Part shown: in pieces, positions 29,421 through 44,200 of the stretch
Numbering within the stretch: position 1 is the first letter of the stretch
How the letters are laid out: every line of letters starts with the position of its first letter
DNA from: Eledone cirrhosa
Lineage: Eukaryota
Length of the DNA stretch: 64,000 nt
Assembly (NCBI GenBank): GCA_964016885.1
Contig: OZ024744.1
Location: forward strand, 10,354,001-10,418,000
Direction of reading: 5' to 3'
Position numbers and translations under genes: made by a program
The notes under the pieces: generated by a model
Database searches by the model: none
The model's input: only the letters and a program-made list of their open reading frames with translations
What the model was told of the DNA's origin: nothing

Positions 29421-32400
29421 ACTCCAATATGTTGTATTGTTGATCTCCAATAAGTTGTGTTCTTGTACTCCAATATATTGTGTTGTTGTACTCCAATATG
29501 TTGTGTTTTTGCAATCCAATATTTAATGTTGTTGTACTCCAATATGTCTTGTTATATTCCAATATGTCGTGTTGTTGTACTCCAATATGTCATGTTGTTG
29601 TACTCCAATATTTCTTGTTGTTGTACCCCAATATGTCGTGTTGATTATACTCCAATTTTTGTTGCTGTTGTACTCCAATATGTTGTGTTGTTGTACTCCA
29701 ATATGTTTTGTTGTTGTACTCCAATATGTTGTGTTGTTATTCTCCAATATGTTGTGCTGTTGTACTCCAATGTGTTATGTTGTTATACTCCAATATGTTG
29801 TGCTGTGATACTCCAATATGTTGTGTTGTTGTACTCCAATCTGTTGTGTTGTTATACTCCAATATGTTGTGTTGTTATACTCCAATATGTTATGTTGTTT
29901 TACTCCAATATGTTGTGTTGTTGTACTCCAATATGTTGTGTTGTTGTACTCCAATATGTTGTGTTGTTGTAATCCAATATCTTGTGTTGTTATACTCCAA
30001 TATGTTGTGTTGTTGTACTCCAATATGTTGTGTTGTTGTTCTCCAATATGTCGTGTTGTTATACTCCAATATGTTGTGTTATGATACTCCAATATGTTGT
30101 GCTGTTGTACTCCAATATGTTGTGTTGTTATCCTCCAAGATGTAGTGTTGTTATACTCCAATATGTTGTGTTGTTGTACTCCAATATGTTGTGTTGTTAT
30201 ACTCCAATATGTTGTGTTGTTATACTCCAATATGTAGTGTTGTTATACTCCAATATGTTGTGTTGTTGTACTCCAATCTGTTGTGTTGTTATACTCCAAT
30301 ATGTTGTGTTGTTATACCCCAATATGTTGTGTTGTTTTACTCCAATATGTTGTGTTGCCATACTCCAATATGTTGTGTTGTTGTACTCCAATATGTTGTG
30401 CTGCTGTACTCCAATATATTGTGTTATACTCCAATATGTTGTGTTGTTGTACTCCAATATGTTGTGTTGTTGTAATCCCAAATGTTGTGTTGTTATACTC
30501 CAATATGTTGTGTTGTAAAACTCCAATATGTTGTGCTCCAATATGTTGTGTTATACTCCAATGTGTTGTGTTCTTGTACTCCAATATGAAGTGTTGTAAT
30601 ACTCCAATATGTAGTGCTGTTGTTATACTCCAATATGTTGTGTTATAATCCAATGTGTTGTGTTGTTGTACTCCAATCTGTTGTGTTGTTATACTCCAAT
30701 CTGTTGTGTTGTTATACTGCAATATGTTGTGTTGTTATACTCCAATATGTTGTGTTGTTATACTCCAAGATGTTGTGCTGTGATACTCTAATATGTTTTG
30801 TTGTACTCCAATATGTTGTGTTGTTGTACTCCAATATGTTGTGTTGTTATACTCCAATATGCTGTGCTGTTGTACTCCAATATGTTGTGTTGTACTCCAA
30901 TATGTTGTGTTGTTGTACTCCTATATCATGTTGTCGTACTCCAATATGTCATGTTATACTCCAATATGTCGTTGTTATACTCCAATATGTCATGTTGCTG
31001 TACTCCAATATGTCATGTTGTTGTACTCCAATATGTTTTGATGTTGTACTCCAATATGTTGTGTTGTTGTACTCCAATATGTTGTGTTGTTATACTCCAA
31101 TATGTTGTGCTGTTGTACTCCAATATGTCAGGTTGTTGTACTCCGATATTTCGTGTTGTTCTACTCCAATATTTCATGTTGTTTTACTCCAATATGTCGT
31201 GGTGTTGTACTCCAATATGTTTTGATGTTGTACTCCAATATGTCGTGTTGTTGTACTCCAATATGTTGTGTTGTTATACTCCACAATGTTGTGTTGTTGT
31301 ACTCCAATAGGTTGTGTTGTTGTACTCCAATATGTGATGTTGTTGTACTCCAATATGTTGTGTTGCTGTACTCCAATATGTTGTGTTGTTGTTCTCCAAT
31401 ATGTCGTGTTGTTATACTCCAATATGTTGTGTTATTGTACTCCAATATGTTGTGTTGTTATACTCCAATATGCTGTGCTGTTGTACTCCAATATGTTATG
31501 TTATACTCCAATATGTTGTGTTGTTGTACTCCAATATATCATGTTGTCGTACTCCAATATGTCATGTTATACTCCAATATGTCGTTGTTATACTCCAATA
31601 TGTCGTGTTGCTGTACTCCAATATGCCGCGCTGTTGTACTCCAATATGTTTTGATGTTGTACTCCAAGATGTTGTGCTGTGATACTCTAATATGTTGTGT
31701 TTTTGTACTCCAATATGTTGTGTTGTTGTACTCCAATATGTTGTGTTGTTGTAATCCAATATCTTGTGCTGTTATACTCCAATATGTTGTGTTGTTGTAC
31801 TCCAATATGTTGTGTTGTTATACTCCAATATGTTGTGTTGTGATACTCCAAAGTGTTGTGCTGTTGTACTCCAATATGTTGTGTTGTTTTACTCCAATAG
31901 TTTGCGTTGTTGTACTCCAATCTGTTGTGTTGTTATATTCCAATATGTTGTGTTGTTATACTCCAATATGTTGTGTTGTTGTACTCCAATATGTTGTGTT
32001 GTTGTACTCCAATATGTTGTGTTGTTGTAATCCAATATCTTGTGTTGTTATACTCCAATATGTTGTGTTGTTGTACTCCAATATGTTGTATTGTTGTTCT
32101 CCAATATGTCATGTTATACTCCAATATGTTGTGTTCGTGTACTCCAATATTTTGTGATATTGTACGCCAATATGTTGTGTTGTTGTACTCCAATATGTTG
32201 TGTTGTTATACTCCAATATGTTGTGTTGTTGTACTCCAATATATTGTTGTACTCCAACATGTTGTGTTGTTGTACTCCAATATGTAGTGTTGTTGTAATC
32301 CAATATGTTGTGTTGTTGTACTCCAATATATAGTGTTGTTGTACTCCAATATGTTGTGTTGTTGTACTCCAATATGTTGTGTTGTTGTACTCCAATATGT

Positions 32401-35400
32401 TGTGTTGTTATACTCCAATATGTTGTGTTGTTATACTCCAATAAGTTGTGTTGTTTTACTCCAATATGTTGTGTTGTTATACTCCAGTATGTTGTGTTGT
32501 TGTACTCCAATATGTTGTGTTGTTATACTCCAATATGTTGTGTTATATTACTCCAATATGTTGTGTTGTTGTACTCCAATATGTTGTGTTGTTGTACTCC
32601 AATATGTTGTGTTGTTGTAATCCACTATCTTGTGTTGTTATACTCCAATATGTTGTGTTGTTGTACTCCAATATGTTGTGTTGTTGTTCTCCAATATGTT
32701 GTGTTGTTATACTCCAATATGTTGTGTTGTGATATTCCAATATGTTGTGCTGTTGTACTCCAATATTTTGAGTTGTTATACTCCAATATGTAGTGTTGTT
32801 ATACGCCAATATGTTGTGTTGTTGTACTCCAATCTGTTGTGTTATACTCCAATATGTTGTGTTGTTATACTCCAATATGTTGTGTTGTTATACTCCAATA
32901 TGTTGTGTTGTTTTACTCCAATATGTTGTGCTGTTGAACTCCAATATGTTGTATTGTTGATCTCCAATATGTCATGTTATACTCCAATAAGTTGTGTTCT
33001 TTTACTCCAATATGGTTTGTTGTTGTACTCCAATATGTTGTGTTGTCGTACTCCAATATGTCATGTTATACTCCAATATGTCGTTGTTATACTCCAATAT
33101 GTCATGTTGTTGTACTACAATATGTCGTGTTGTTGTACTCCAATATGTTTTGATGCTGTACTCCAATATGTTGTGTTGTTGTACTCCAATATGTTGTGTT
33201 GTTATACTCCAATATGTTGTCCTGTTGTACTCCAATATGTCATGTTGTTGCCCGCCGATATTTCGTGTTATTGTACTCCAATATTTCGTGTTGTTGTACT
33301 CCAATATGTTGTGTTTTTGTACTCCAATATGTTGTGTTTTTGTACTCCAATATGTTTTGATGTTGTACTCCAATATGTTGTGTTGTTATACTCCAATATG
33401 CTGTGTTGTTATACTCCTATATGTTGTGCTGTTGTACTCCAATATGTTGTTTTGTTATACTCCAATATGTTGTGTTGTTGTACTCCAATATGTTGTGTTG
33501 TTGTACTCCAATATGTGATGTTGTTGTACTCCAATATGTCGTGATGTTGTACTCCAATATGTTGTGTTGTTATACTCCAATATTTCGTGTTGTTTTACTC
33601 CAATATGTCATGTTGTTGTACTCCAATATTTCGTGTTGCTGTATTCCAATATGTCATGGTGTTGTACTTCAATATGTCGTATTGTTGTACTCCAATATGT
33701 TGTGTTGTTGTTCTCCAATATGTCGTGTTGTTATACTCCAATATGTTATGATGTTGGACTCCAATATATTGTGTTGTTGTACTCCAATATGTTGTGTTTT
33801 TGTAATCCAATATGTAATGTTGTTATACTCCAATATGTCTTGTTATAGTCCAATATGTCGTGTTGTTGTACTCCAATATGTCATGTTGTTGTACTCCAAT
33901 ATTTCGTGTTGTTGTACCCCAATATGTCGTGTTGATTATACTCCAATTTTTGTTGCTGTTGTACTCCAATATGTTGTGTTGTTGTACTCCAATATGTTGT
34001 GTTGTTATTCTCCAATATGTTGTGCTGTTGTACTCCAATGTGTTATGTTGTTATACTCCAATATGTTGTGCTGTGATACTCCAATATGTTGTGTTGTTGT
34101 ACTCCAATCTGTTGTGTTGTTATACTCCAATATGTTGTGTTGTTATACTCCAATATGTTGTGTTGTTTTACTCCAATATGTTTTGTTGTTGTACTCCAAT
34201 ATGTTGTGTTGTTGTACTCCAATATGTTGTGTTGTTGTAATCCAATATCTTGTGTTGTTATACTCCAATATGTTGTGTTGTTGTACTCCAATATGTTGTG
34301 TTGTTGTTCTCCAATATGTCGTGTTGTTATACTCCAATATGTTGTGTTATGATACTCCAATATGTTGTGCTGTTGTACTCCAATATGTTGTGTTGTTATA
34401 CTCCAATATGTAGTTTTGTTATACTCCAATATGTTTTGTTGTTGTACTCCAATCTGTTGTGTTGTTATACTCCAATATGTTGTGTTGTTATACTCCAATA
34501 TGTTGTGTTGTTTTACTCCAATATGTTGTGTTGTTGTACTCCAATATGTTGTGTTGTTGTACTCCAATATATCATGTTGTCGTACTCCAATATGTCATGT
34601 TATACTCCAATATGTCGTTGTTATACTCCAATATGTCATGATGTACTCCAATATGTCGTGTTCTTGTGCTCCAATATGTCGTGTTGTCGTACTCCAATAT
34701 GTTGTGTTGTTGTACTCCAATATGTTGTGTTGTTGTACTCCAATATGTTGTGTTGTTATACTCCAATATGTTGTGCTGTTGTACCTTAATATTTCGTGTT
34801 GTTGTACTCCAATACATCGTGTTGTACTCCAATATGTTGTGTTGTTGTTGTACTCCAATATGTTTTGATGTTGTACTCCAATATGTTGTGTTGTTGTACT
34901 CCAATATGTTGTGTAGTCATACTCCAATACGTTGTGTTGTTGTACTCCAATATGATGTGATGTTGTACTCCAATATGATGTGCTGTTGTACTCCCATGCG
35001 TTGTGTTGTTGTACTCCAATGTGTTGTGTTGTTATACTCCAATATGTTGTGTTGTTATACTCCAATATGTTGTGCTGTTGTACTCCAAATCTCGTGTTGT
35101 TATACTCCAATGTGTTGTGTTGTTATACTCCAATATGGTGTGTTGTTGTACTCCAATATGTTGTATTATTTTTCTCCAATATGCCATGTTATACTCCAAT
35201 ATGTTGTGTTCGTGTACTCCAATATGTTGTGTTATTGTACTCCAATATGTTGCGTTGTTGTACTCCAATATGTTGTGTTGTTATACTCCAATATGTTGTT
35301 GTTGTATTCCTATATGTTGTCTTGTTGTACTCCAAAAGGTCATATTATTGTACTCCAATATGTATTGTTATACTCCAATATGTCGTGTGTCTGTACTCCA

Positions 35401-38267
35401 ATATGTCATTTTGTTGTACTCCAATATGTCTTGTTATAGTCCAATATGTCGTGTTGTTGTACTCCAATATGTCATGTAGTTGTACTCCAATATTTCGTGT
35501 TGTTGTACCCCAATATGTCGTGTTGTTTATACTCCAATATGTTTTGCTGTTGTACTCCAATATGTTGTGTTGCTGTACTCCAATATGTTGTGTTGTTGTA
35601 CTCCAATATGTTGTGTTGTTGTAATCCAATATCTTGTGTTGTTATACTCCAATATGTTGTGTTGTTATACTCCAATATGTTGTGTTGTGATACTCCAATA
35701 TGTTGTGCTGTTGTACTCCAATATGTTGAGTTGTTATACTCCAATATGTAGTGTTGTTATACTCCAATATGTTGTGTTGTACTCCAATCTGTTGTGTTAT
35801 ACTCCAATATGTTGTGTTGTTATACTCCAATATGTTGTGTTGTTGTACTCCAATATGTTGTGTTGTTGTACTCCAATATGTTGTGTTGTTATTCTCCAAT
35901 ATGTTGTGCTGTTGTACTCCAATGTGTTATGTTGTTATACTCCAATATGTTGTGCTGTGATACTCCAATATGTTGTGTTGTTGTACTCCAATCTGTTGTG
36001 TTGTTATACTCCAATATGTTGTGTTCTTGTACTCCAATATGAAGTGTTGTAATACTCCAATATGTAGTGCTGTTGTTATACTCCAATATGTTGTGTTATA
36101 ATCCAATGTGTTGTGTTGTTGTACTCCAATCTGTTGTGTTGTTATACTCCAATCTGTTGTGCTGTTATACTGCAATATGTTGTGTTGTTATACTCCAATA
36201 TGTTGTGTTGTTATACTCCAAGATGTTGTGCTGTGATACTCTAATATGTTGTGTTTTTGTACTCCAATATGTTGTGTTGTTGTACTCCAATATGTTGTGT
36301 TGTTGTAATCCAATATCTTGTGCTGTTATACTCCAATATGTAGTGTTGTTGTACTCCAATATGTTGTGTTGTTATACTCCAATATGTTGTGTTGTGATAC
36401 TCCAAAGTGTTGTGCTGTTGTACTCCAATATGTTGTGTTGTTTTACTCCAATAGGTTGCGTTGTTGTACTCCAATCTGTTGTGTTGTTATACTCCAATAT
36501 GTTGTGTTGTTATACTCCAATATGGTGTGTTGTTTTACTCCAATATGTTGTGTTGTTGCAATCCAATATGTTTGTGTTGTTTTACTCCAATATGTTGTGT
36601 TGTTATACTCAAATATGTTGTGTTGTTGTACTCCAATATGGTGTGTTGTTGTACTCCAATATGTTGTGTTGTTGTACTCCAATATGTTGTGTTGTTATAC
36701 TCCAATATGTTGTGTTGGTGTACTCCAATATGTTGTGCTGTTGAACTCCAAATCTCGTGTTGTTATACTCCAATGTGTTGTGTTGTTATACTCCAATATG
36801 TTGTGTTGTTGTACTCCAATATGTTGTGTTGTTGTACTCCAATATGTTGTGTTGTTGTACTCCAATATGTTGTGTTGTTGTATTCCAATATGTGATGTTG
36901 TTGTACTCCAATATGTCGTGATGTTGTACTCCAATATGTTGTGTTGTTATACTCCAATATTTCGTGTTGTTTTACTCCAATATGTCATGGTGTTGTACTC
37001 CAATATTTCGTGTGGCTGTATTCCAATATGTCATGGTGTTGTACTTCAATATGTCGTATTGTTGTACTCCAATATGTTGTGTTGTTGTTCTCCAATATGT
37101 CGTGTTGTTATACTCCAATATGTTATGATGTTGGACTCCAATATATTGTGTTGTTGTACTCCAATATGTTGTGTTTTTGTAATCCAATATGTAATGTTGT
37201 TGTACTCCAATATGTCTTGTTATAGTCCAATATGTCGTGTTGTTGTACTCCAATATGTCATGTTGTTGTACTCCAATATTTCGTGTTGTTGTACCCCAAT
37301 ATGTCGTGTTGATTATACTCCAATTTTTGTTGCTGTTGTACTCCAATATGTTGTGTTGTTGTACTCCAATCTGTTGTGTCGTTATTCTCCAATATGTTGT
37401 GCTGTTGTACTCCAATGTGTTATGTTGTTATACTCCAATATGTTGTGCTGTGATATTCCAATATGTTGTGTTGTTGTACTCCAATCTGTTGTGTTGTTAT
37501 ACTCCAATATGTTGTGTTGTTATACTCCAATATGTTGTGTTGTTTTACTCCAATATGTTATGTTGTTGTACTCCAATATGTTGTGTTGTTGTAATCCAAT
37601 ATCTTGTGTTGTTATACTCCAATATGTTGTGTTGTTGTACTCCAATATGTTGTGTTGTTGTTCTCCAATATGTCGTGTTGTTATACTCCAATATGTTGTG
37701 TTATGATACTCCAATATGTTGTGCTGTTGTACTCCAATATTTTGTGTTGTTATACTCCAATATGTAGTGTTGTTATACTCCAATATGTAGTGTTGTTGTA
37801 CTCCAATCTGTTGTGTTGTTATACTCCAATATGTTGTGTTGTTATACTCCAATATGTTGTGTTGTTTTACTCCAATATGTTGTGTTGTTGTACTCCAATA
37901 TGTTGTATTGTTGTTCTCCAATATGTCATGTTATACTCCAATAAGTTGTGTTCTTGTACTCCAATATGTTGTGTTGTTGTACTCCAATATGTTGTGTTGT
38001 TGTACTCCAATATATCATGTTGTCGTACTCCAATATATCATGTTATACTCCAATGTGTCGTTGTTATACTCCAATATGTCATGATGTTGTACTCCAATAT
38101 GTCGTGTTCTTGTACTCCAATATGTCGTGTTGTCGTACTCCAATATATTGTGTTGTTGTACTCCAATATGTTGTGTTGTTGTACTCCAATATGTTGTGTT
38201 GTTATACTCCAATATGTTGTGTTGTTATACTCCCAAAAGTTGTGTTGTTTTACTCCAATATGTTGTG
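29421..38267 (+). repeat. Higher-order repeat copy 4 (5'-truncated, starts at unit position ~2.38 kb)
   Basis: 2411/29457 (offset 27046) and 4041/31084 (27043) match copy 1. 17383/33403, 18230/34250 and 20298/36318 match copy 2 at a constant offset of 16020. Confidence 0.85.
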
Positions 38268-41200
38268 TTGTTATACTCCAGTATGTTGTGTTGTTGTACT
38301 CCAATATGTTGTAATGTTGTACTCCAAAATGTTGTGTTGTTGTACTCCAATATGTTGTGTTGTTGTACTCCAATACGTTGTGTTGTTGTACTCCAATATT
38401 TTGTGCTGTTATACTCCAATATGTTGTGTTGTTATACTCCAAAAAGTTGTGTTGTTTTACTCCAATATGTTGTGTTGTTATACTCCAGTATGTTGTGTTG
38501 TTGTACTCCAATATGTTGTGTTGTTGTACTCCACTATGTCATGTTATACTCCAATATGTCATGTTGTTTTACTCCAATATGTTGTGTTGTTGCACTCCAA
38601 TATGTCGTGTTGTTGTACTCCAATATGTTGTGTTTTGTACTCCAATATGTTGTGTTATTGTACTCCAATATGTTGTGTTGTTATACTCCAATACGCTGTG
38701 CTGTTGTACTCCAATATGTTATGTTATACTCCAATATGTTGTGTTGTTGTACTCCAATATATCATGTTGTCGTACTCCAATATGTCATGTTATACTCCAA
38801 TATGTCGTTGTTATACTCCAATATGTCGTGTTGCTGTACTCCAATATGCCGCGCTGTTGTACTCCAATATGTTTTGATGTTGTACTCCAATATGTTGTGT
38901 TGTTATACTCCAATATGTTGTGTTGTTGTACTCCAATATGTTGTGTTGTTATACTCCAATATGTTGTGCTGTTGTACTCCAATATGTCAGGTTGTTGTAC
39001 TCCGATATTTCGTGTTGTTCTACTCCAATATTTCGTGTTGTTTTACTCCAATACGTCGTGGTGTTGTACTCCAATATGTTTTGATGTTGTACTCCAATAT
39101 GTCGTGTTGTTGTACTCCAATATGTTGTGTTGTTGAACTCCAATATGCTGTGTTGTTATACTCCTAAATGTTGTGTTGTTGTACTCCAATATGTTGTGTT
39201 GTACTCCAATATGTTGTGTTGTTACACTCCACAATGTTGTGTTGTTGTACTCCAATATGTCATGGTGTTGTACTTCAATATGTCGTATTGTTGTACTCCA
39301 GTATGTTGTGTTGTTTTTCTCCAATATGTCGTGTTGTTTTACTCCAATATGTCATGTTGTTGTACTCCAATATTTCGTGTTGTTGTACTCCAATATGTCA
39401 TGGTGTTGTACTTCAATATGTCGTATTGTTGTACTCCAGTATGTTGTGTTGTTTTTCTCCAATATGTCGTGTTGTTATACTCCAATATGTTATGATGTTG
39501 TACTCCAATATATTGTGTTGTTGTACTCCAATATGTTGTGTTGTTATACTCCAATATGTTGTGTTATTTTACTCCAATATGTTGTGTTGTTGTACTCCAA
39601 TATGTTGTGTTGTTGTACTCCAATATGTTGTGTTGTTGTAATCCAATATCTTGTGTTGTTGTACTCCAATATGTTGTGTTGTTGTTCTCCAATATGTTGT
39701 GTTGTTATACTCCAATATGTTGTGTTGTGATACTCCAATATGTTGTGCTGTTGTACTCCAATATGTGTTGTTGTTGTACTCCAATATGTTGCGTTGTTGA
39801 ACTCCAATATATCATGTTGTCGTACTCCAATATGTCATGTTATACTCCAATATGTTTTGATGCTGTACTCCAATATGTTGTGTTGTTGTACTACAATATG
39901 TTGTGTTGTTGAACTCCAATATGTTGTTTTTTGTACTCCAATATGTCATGTTGTTGTACTCCAGTATGTCTTGTTATACTCCAATATGTCGTGTTGCTGT
40001 ACTCCAATATGTCATGATGTTGTACTCCAATATGTTTTGCTGTTGTACTCCAATATGTTGTGTTGCTGTACTCCAATATGTTGTGTTGTTGTACTCCAAT
40101 ATGTTGTGTTGTTGTAATCCAATATCTTGTGTTGTTATACTCCAATATGTTGTGTTGTTATACTCCAATATGTTGTGTTGTGATACTCCAATATGTTGTG
40201 CTGTTGTACTCCAATATGTTGAGTTGTTATACTCCAATATGTAGTGTTGTTATACTCCAATATGTTGTGTTGTTGTACTCCAATCTGTTGTGTTATACTC
40301 CAATATGTTGTGTTGTTATACTCCAATATGTTGTGTTGTTATACTCCAATATGTTGTGTTGTTTTACTCCAATATGTTGTGTTGTTGTACTCCAATATGT
40401 TGTATTGTTGATCTCCAATAAGTTGTGTTCTTGTACTCCAATATATTGTGTTGTTGTACTCCAATATGTTGTGTTTTTGCAATCCAATATTTAATGTTGT
40501 TATACTCCAATATGTCTTGTTATATTCCAATATGTCGTGTTGTTGTACTCCAATATGTCATGTTGTTGTACTCCAATATTTCTTGTTGTTGTACCCCAAC
40601 ATGTCGTGTTGATTATACTCCAATTTTTGTTGCTGTTGTACTCCAATATGTTGTGTTGTTGTACTCCAATATGTTGTGTTGTTGTACTCCAATATGTTGT
40701 GTTGTTATTCTCCAATATGTTGTGCTGTTGTACTCCAATGTGTTATGTTGTTATACTCCAATATGTTGTGCTGTGATACTCCAATATGTTGTGTTGTTGT
40801 ACTCCAATCTGTTGTGTTGTTATACTCCAATATGTTGTGTTGTTATACTCCAATATGTTATGTTGTTTTACTCCAATATGTTGTGTTGTTGTACTCCAAT
40901 ATGTTGTGTTGTTGTACTCCAATATGTTGTGTTGTTGTTCTCCAATATGTCGTGTTGTTATACTCCAATATGTTGTGTTATGATACTCCAATATGTTGTG
41001 CTGTTGTACTCCAATATGTTGTGTTGTTATACTCCAAGATGTAGTGTTGTTATACTCCAATATGTTGTGTTGTTGTACTCCAATATGTTGTGTTGTTATA
41101 CTCCAATATGTTGTGTTGTTATACTCCAATATGTAGTGTTGTTATACTCCAATATGTTGTGTTGTTGTACTCCAATCTGTTGTGTTGTTATACTCCAATA

Positions 41201-44200
41201 TGTTGTGTTGTTATACCCCAATATGTTGTGTTGTTTTACTCCAATATGTTGTGTTGCCATACTCCAATATGTTGTGTTGTTGTACTCCAATATGTTGTGC
41301 TGCTGTACTCCAATATATTGTGTTATACTCCAATATGTTGTGTTGTTGTACTCCAATATGTTGTGTTGTTGTAATCCAAAATGTTGTGTTGTTATACTCC
41401 AATATGTTGTGTTGTAAAACTCCAATATGTTGTGCTCCAATATGTTGTGTTATACTCCAATGTGTTGTGTTCTTGTACTCCAATATGAAGTGTTGTAATA
41501 CTCCAATATGTAGTGCTGTTGTTATACTCCAATATGTTGTGTTATAATCCAATGTGTTGTGTTGTTGTACTCCAATCTGTTGTGTTGTTATACTCCAATC
41601 TGTTGTGTTGTTATACTGCAATATGTTGTGTTGTTATACTCCAATATGTTGTGTTGTTATACTCCAAGATGTTGTGCTGTGATACTCTAATATGTTGTTT
41701 TTTTGTACTCCAATATGTTGTGTTGTTGTACTCCAATATGTTGTGTTGTTATACTCCAATATGCTGTGCTGTTGTACTCCAATATGTTGTGTTGTACTCC
41801 AATATGTTGTGTTGTTGTACTCCAATATATCATGTTGTCGTACTCCAATATGTCATGTTATACTCCAATATGTCGTTGTTATACTCCAATATGTCATGTT
41901 GCTGTACTCCAATATGTCGTGTTGTTGTACTCCAATATGTTTTGATGTTGTACTCCAATATGTTGTGTTGTTGTACTCCAATATGTTGTGTTGTTATACT
42001 CCAATATGTTGTGCTGTTGTACTCCAATATGTCAGGTTGTTGTACTCCGATATTTCGTGATGTTCTACTCCAATATTTCATGTTGTTTTACTCCAATATG
42101 TCGTGGTGTTGTACTCCAATATGTTTTGATGTTGTACTCCAATATGTCGTGTTGTTGTACTCCAATATGTTGTGTTGTTGAATCCAATATGCTGTGTTGT
42201 TATACTCCTATATGTTGTGTTGTTGTACTCCAATATGTTGTGTTGTACTCCAATATGTTGTGTTGTTATACTCCACAATGTTGTGTTGTTGTACTCCAAT
42301 AGGTTGTGTTGTTGTACTGCAATATGTGATGTTGTTGTACTCCAATATGTTGTGTTGCTGTACTCCAATATGTTGTGTTGTTGTTCTCCAATATGTCGTG
42401 TTGTTATACTCCAATATGTTGTGCTATTGCACTCCAATATGTTGTGTTGTTATACTCCAATATGCTGTGCTGTTGTACTCCAATATGTTATGTTATACTC
42501 CAATATGTTGTGTTGTTGTACTCCAATATATCATGTTGTCGTACTCCAATATGTCATGTTATACTCCAATATGTCGTTGTTATACTCCAATATGTCGTGT
42601 TGCTGTACTCCAATATGCCGCGCTGTTGTACTCCAATATGTTTTGATGTTGTACTCCAAGATGTTGTGCTGTGATACTCTAATATGTTGTGTTTTTGTAC
42701 TCCAATATGTTGTGTTGTTGTACTCCAATATGTTGTGTTGTTGTAATCCAATATCTTGTGCTGTTATACTCCAATATGTTGTGTTGTTGTACTCCAATAT
42801 GTTGTGTTGTTATACTCCAATATGTTGTGTTGTGATACTCCAAAGTGTTGTGCTGTTGTACTCCAATATGTTGTGTTGTTTTACTCCAATAGGTTGCGTT
42901 GTTGTACTCCAATCTGTTGTGTTGTTATACTCCAATATGTTGTGTTGTTATACTCCAATATGTTGTGTTGTTGTACTCCAATATGTTGTGTTGTTGTACT
43001 CCAATATGTTGTGTTGTTGTAATCCAATATCTTGTGTTGTTATACTCCAATATGTTGTGTTGTTGTACTCCAATATGTTGTATTGTTGTTCTCCAATATG
43101 TCATGTTATACTCCAATATGTTGTGTTCGTGTACTCCAATATTTTGTGATATTGTACGCCAATATGTTGTGTTGTTGTACTCCAATATGTTGTGTTGTTA
43201 TACTCCAATATGTTGTGTTGTTGTACTCCAATATGTTGTTGTACTCCAACATGTTGTGTTGTTGTACTCCAATATGTAGTGTTGTTGTAATCCAATATGT
43301 TGTGTTGTTGTACTCCAATATATAGTGTTGTTGTACTCCAATATGTTGTGTTGTTGTACTCCAATATATAGTGTTGTTGTACTCCAATATGTTGTGTTGT
43401 TGTACTCCAATATGTTGTGCTGTTGTACTCCAATATGTTGTGTTGTTATACTCCAATATGTTGTGTTGTTATACTCCAATAAGTTGTGTTGTTTTACTCC
43501 AATATGTTGTGTTGTTATACTCCAGTATGTTGTGTTGTTGTACTCCAATATGTTGTGTTGTTATACTCCAATATGTTGTGTTATATTACTCCAATATGTT
43601 GTGTTGTTGTACTCCAATATGTTGTGTTGTTGTACTCCAATATGTTGTGTTGTTGTAATCCAATATCTTGTGTTGTTATACTCCAATATGTTGTGTTGTT
43701 GTACTCCAATATGTTGTGTTGTTGTTCTCCAATATGTTGTGTTGTTATACTCCAATATGTTGTGTTGTGATATTCCAATATGTTGTGCTGTTGTACTCCA
43801 ATATTTTGAGTTGTTATACTCCAATATGTAGTGTTGTTATACGCCAATATAATGTGTTGTTGTACTCCAATCTGTTGTGTTATACTCCAATATGTTGTGT
43901 TGTTATACTCCAATATGTTGTGTTGTTATACTCCAATATGTTGTGTTGTTTTACTCCAATATGTTGTGCTGTTGAACTCCAATATGTTGTATTGTTGATC
44001 TCCAATATGTCATGTTATACTCCAATAAGTTGTGTTCTTTTACTCCAATATGGTTTGTTGTTGTACTCCAATATGTTGTGTTGTCGTACTCCAATATGTC
44101 ATGTTATACTCCAATATGTCGTTGTTATACTCCAATATGTCATGTTGTTGTACTACAATATGTCGTGTTGTTGTACTCCAATATGTTTTGATGCTGTACT

